From: Nannocystales bacterium
Lineage (GTDB): Bacteria; Myxococcota_A; Polyangia; Nannocystales; Nannocystaceae
Reading direction: 5' to 3'
Assembly (NCBI GenBank): GCA_050633305.1
Contig: JBOEGF010000005.1
Span: forward strand, 288,001-352,000
Length of the DNA: 64,000 bases
Shown here piece after piece: positions 61,157 through 64,000 of the stretch (positions are counted from its first letter, which is position 1; each line of letters starts with the position of its first letter). A program made the position numbers and the translations under genes. Under the pieces are notes generated by a model. The model was given only the letters and a program-made list of their open reading frames with translations. It was not told the DNA's origin and did not search any database.

Positions 61157-61555
61157 ATGAGTGGAGCAGGTGGAGTCAATGAGGCTGTCCGTGGCGCAAC
61201 GAAAGCACGTCGCTGGGAGTCCCGGATGCAGGCTCGGGCCGCGGTTCGCCGCGCAGGCCGCCGTGCTGTGTCCAAGCTGAACACCGAGTCTTCGGAGCCG
61301 TTCTCCATGGAGCCGGTCTCCGTGGACCTTCCGGTCACCCCGGCGGACCGGGTGATTCGACGGGCGGTGGCGGTACTGACCGCTGTCGTCACGGTCGGAA
61401 TCGGGGGCGGACTGCTCTTCCTGACCGCGGTCAGCGGTGGAAAGGGCTACCAGGTCGCCCCGGTCCTCGCGCTCATGGTGCTGGTGATGTTCGGCTTCCC
61501 CGCACTCGCGGTGCTCTACCGGCATCTGCAGAGCGTGTGGCACGACACCCAGTAG
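61157..61555 (+). CDS. Hypothetical two-TM membrane protein
   Basis: Two hydrophobic helices at the C-terminus, followed by a terminator. Start uncertain. Confidence 0.65.
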   Translation: MSGAGGVNEAVRGATKARRWESRMQARAAVRRAGRRAVSKLNTESSEPFSMEPVSVDLPVTPADRVIRRAVAVLTAVVTVGIGGGLLFLTAVSGGKGYQVAPVLALMVLVMFGFPALAVLYRHLQSVWHDTQ

Positions 61556-61576
61556 CGTGCATTTTCAACAACCCAG

Positions 61577-61608
61577 GGAGAGGCCAGTTCAGGCCTCTCC
61601 TCTTTTTT
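61577..61608 (+). terminator. Rho-independent terminator
   Basis: GGAGAGGCC-agttca-GGCCTCTCC-TCTTTTTT. Confidence 0.8.
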
Positions 61609-61650
61609 GCGGGCGTTGCAGAACCTTGGTGCTGCGTGCGCCCGTCGCCG

Positions 61651-61902
61651 TCACATGTCGACGCGGTGAGAGCGGTAGCCGGAGACGTTGGGCGCCCGCT
61701 CGAGCGCCTTCTCGATCCAGCGTTCGTCCTTTTCGGCGACGACGATGAGACGGAGATCGTCGCCGTCGGGAAAACCTTCAAACCCCAGCGCTTTGGCTTC
61801 GGCACCGGTCATGATTTGGGCTTGGGTCTCCGAGAGAACTTCGGAGCTGAGCAGGCCTTCGCCATCGTTTCCGGCGGTCAGGTGAACTTCGAACACGATC
61901 AC
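61651..61902 (-). CDS. Small hypothetical protein (83 aa)
   Basis: Protein-like alpha/beta composition; follows the kinase on the same strand. Confidence 0.65.
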   Translation of the reverse strand: MIVFEVHLTAGNDGEGLLSSEVLSETQAQIMTGAEAKALGFEGFPDGDDLRLIVVAEKDERWIEKALERAPNVSGYRSHRVDM

Positions 61903-61928
61903 CCCGCTAGGTTCGCGCGGTCATGCCG

Positions 61929-63179
61929 TCAGGGCAAGAGCTTCGCGGGGAGACGCAGGGTGACGCGGGCACCAACCTCGAGGTTCTCGGCGGTGGCCGT
62001 GCCTCCGTGAGCCTCCGCGATGCGTCGAACCAGCGCCAGGCCCAGCCCGAGCGCGCCCTTGCCATCTGCGCCCTGGTATCCGTGGTCGAAAGCTCGGCCC
62101 AAGTCCTCAAATCCCGGTCCCCGGTCCTCGACGTGGATCACAACGTCACTTTCGGCCCTTGAGAGCGTGATTGCGGTGATGCCCGATCCGTGTTCCTCGG
62201 CGTTTCGGATCAGGTTGGCGAGTGCCTGGAGAACCAACGCTGGGTCGGCGTGAATGGGGAGGGTCTCGGCGACGGACTCCAACACAGTGAGGTCGATGTT
62301 GGCCCGCTCGAGCGCCCGAAGACTCAACGCCACGGCGTCGAGTGGTTGGAGATCGACGCGAGCAAAGTCCAGGCGAGAGTTCGCCAGCAGCTGACCGACC
62401 AGCGTATCGATGGCTTCGACCTCTCGGTCGAGCTCGTCGACAAGTCCACGGTCGGAACCCGATTCCCGGGCCGTATCGAGGAGGATGCGGACGTGGCCCA
62501 GTGGGGTGCGGATCTCGTGGCTTACGGAGGCCAAAAGCTCCCGTTCGGCACCGACCATCGACTGAATCCGGGCCGCCATGTCGTTGACCGCCTCCGCGAT
62601 CGCTCGAAGCTCCAGGCCGTGCAGGCGACCTGTCATGCGGGCGTCGAGGTTGCCTTTGCCGATCTCTTGCGTCACCTGGACGATCCGGGCCAGTGGGCGC
62701 GTGAGGTGAAACGCGATCGCACCGGAGGCCACCCACAAGAACATGCCGCCGACGGCGATCGGCAGCCAGATACGGCGGGGTCCCCAGGACTCTGGAAGAC
62801 AGGTAAGCACGTCGCCTCGGTTTGGAATGTCGAGGACGTGGGGGGCGCGCTCGCAGGCCGGACCGTAGGCGTCGAGCAGCGTACCGTCGGAGTCCAGAAC
62901 GCGGACTCCAAACCCCAGGTCGCTGGTGATCGTCTGTGCGAGTGCCTTTCGTGCCGCGTCGTCGTCCCAGACAGTCTCGAACCGATGGGTTGCAAACTGG
63001 GTGAACGCCAGTTCGTGGTTGTGGTCTGCGCCACTCCAGATCCAGGCGACCGTGCCACTGAGCAACCCTGTCAGCAGGATGGCAACCCCGAACCACGCAA
63101 ACAGCTGCCGCCGCAGCCGCCGCCGGAAGTAACCGAGCACGGGGTTGTCCCGTCGATGGTTCCAGCGGTGGCCTCTCAC
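61929..63179 (-). CDS. HAMP-domain sensor histidine kinase (CpxA/EnvZ-like)
   Basis: 2 TM, HAMP (RPLARI..G.LDAR), SVSHEIRTPL, NLIRNA, DRGPG, GLGLALV. Confidence 0.92.
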   Translation of the reverse strand: MRGHRWNHRRDNPVLGYFRRRLRRQLFAWFGVAILLTGLLSGTVAWIWSGADHNHELAFTQFATHRFETVWDDDAARKALAQTITSDLGFGVRVLDSDGTLLDAYGPACERAPHVLDIPNRGDVLTCLPESWGPRRIWLPIAVGGMFLWVASGAIAFHLTRPLARIVQVTQEIGKGNLDARMTGRLHGLELRAIAEAVNDMAARIQSMVGAERELLASVSHEIRTPLGHVRILLDTARESGSDRGLVDELDREVEAIDTLVGQLLANSRLDFARVDLQPLDAVALSLRALERANIDLTVLESVAETLPIHADPALVLQALANLIRNAEEHGSGITAITLSRAESDVVIHVEDRGPGFEDLGRAFDHGYQGADGKGALGLGLALVRRIAEAHGGTATAENLEVGARVTLRLPAKLLP

Positions 63180-63850
63180 CCGTCTGTGCTCCGTGCGAAA
63201 ACGTAGCCGACGCCGCGTACCGTCCGAATGCGCTCAGCACCGACCTTCTTCCGCAGTTTTGAGATGTGCACATCTACGGTGCGTTCCCCCACCGTGGCGT
63301 CATCGCGGCCGGCCTCCGCCAGCAGCGAGCCTCGCGGAACGACCCGACCTGCGCGTCGCATGAGGGCCAACAGTAGATCGAACTCGAGTCCGGTCAACTC
63401 GACCGCGCGACCTTCGACACGGGCCTGCCGTGCGGCGACTTCGACCTCGACGCCCGCCTCGCTCAGCCGGGCCGCACCGACCTCCGGGTGCAGACGCCGC
63501 AGCACGGCTCGGAGACGCGCGAGCAGTTCGCGGGAACTGAACGGTTTGGGGATGTAGTCGTCGGCGCCCATCTCCAACCCGACGACGCGGTCGGCCTCGT
63601 CCCCGCGGGCGGTCAGCATGATGACCGGGATCTGCGTGCGCGCTCGAATCCGGCGCAGGGTCTCCAGGCCATCGATGCCCGGCATCATCACATCGAGGAG
63701 CACGGCGTCGTACGTCTCGCGGTCGAGCGCATCGAGACCGGCCGCACCAGAACGAGCGTGCTCGAGTGCGACATCGTTGGGGGTCAAGAACCCGCGGAGC
63801 AGCTCGAACAGCCTCGCGTCATCGTCGACCAACAGGACCCGAACAGCCAC
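63176..63850 (-). CDS. OmpR-family response regulator (CpxR-like)
   Basis: LLVDDD, LLDVMMP, MLTARG, GADDYIPKPF, RTVDVHISKLRKK, RTVRGVGY. Confidence 0.94.
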   Translation of the reverse strand: MAVRVLLVDDDARLFELLRGFLTPNDVALEHARSGAAGLDALDRETYDAVLLDVMMPGIDGLETLRRIRARTQIPVIMLTARGDEADRVVGLEMGADDYIPKPFSSRELLARLRAVLRRLHPEVGAARLSEAGVEVEVAARQARVEGRAVELTGLEFDLLLALMRRAGRVVPRGSLLAEAGRDDATVGERTVDVHISKLRKKVGAERIRTVRGVGYVFARSTDG

Positions 63851-63859
63851 GGGTCCACT

Positions 63860-64000
63860 CTACCGCCAGCTGCGGCGGCGGCCGAAGCGGTGGTTCAGTT
63901 CCGCCAAACGCTCGCGCTGGAGTGGCTCGAGGACATCGTGAATCCGGGCCAGCGCGCCGACCAGCTGCTCGCGGACTTCCCGGATCCGCTCGTCCTGCCG
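63860..64000 (-). CDS. Spy/CpxP-like (LTxxQ) helical protein, C-terminal fragment
   Basis: Reads RQDERIREVREQLVGALARIHDVLEPLQRERLAELNHRFGRRRSWR*. Has an LxPxQR motif and sits upstream of a CpxR/CpxA-like pair. Confidence 0.65.
   Translation of the reverse strand, partial: RQDERIREVREQLVGALARIHDVLEPLQRERLAELNHRFGRRRSWR

Overview
High-GC bacterial chromosomal window with a Myxococcota (probably Nannocystis/Plesiocystis-like) signature. The signature includes a MYXO-CTERM protein, many lipoproteins with Ser/Thr/Pro-rich linkers, a Ser/Thr kinase-TPR protein, an FHA-AAA+ regulator and an ECF sigma/anti-sigma pair. About 57 coding regions are supported. Housekeeping genes are queC, phoB-phoR-phoU (with a clear Pho box), ampG, ldcA, rlmD and secA. 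There are also transporters (SSS, DASS, MFS, a ZIP-like/ArsP His-tailed permease), a second two-component system and a hybrid kinase, a cytochrome P460-type lipoprotein, a beta-propeller di-heme cytochrome, an FRG-domain gene and a DUF3289-like gene. No rRNA, tRNA, CRISPR array, transposase, integrase or reverse transcriptase was found. The least explained signals are non-coding: several multi-hairpin intergenic segments dense in GGA motifs. One has a sigma54-like promoter and a strong terminator, suggesting undescribed sRNAs, possibly Csr/Rsm-sponge-like. Other unexplained signals are a possible TIR-like/TM/C-type-lectin receptor, a tandem pair of distantly paralogous putative outer-membrane proteins, and a catalytically degenerate pseudo-enhancer-binding protein. 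All family calls come from motif recognition by eye, with no database searches.
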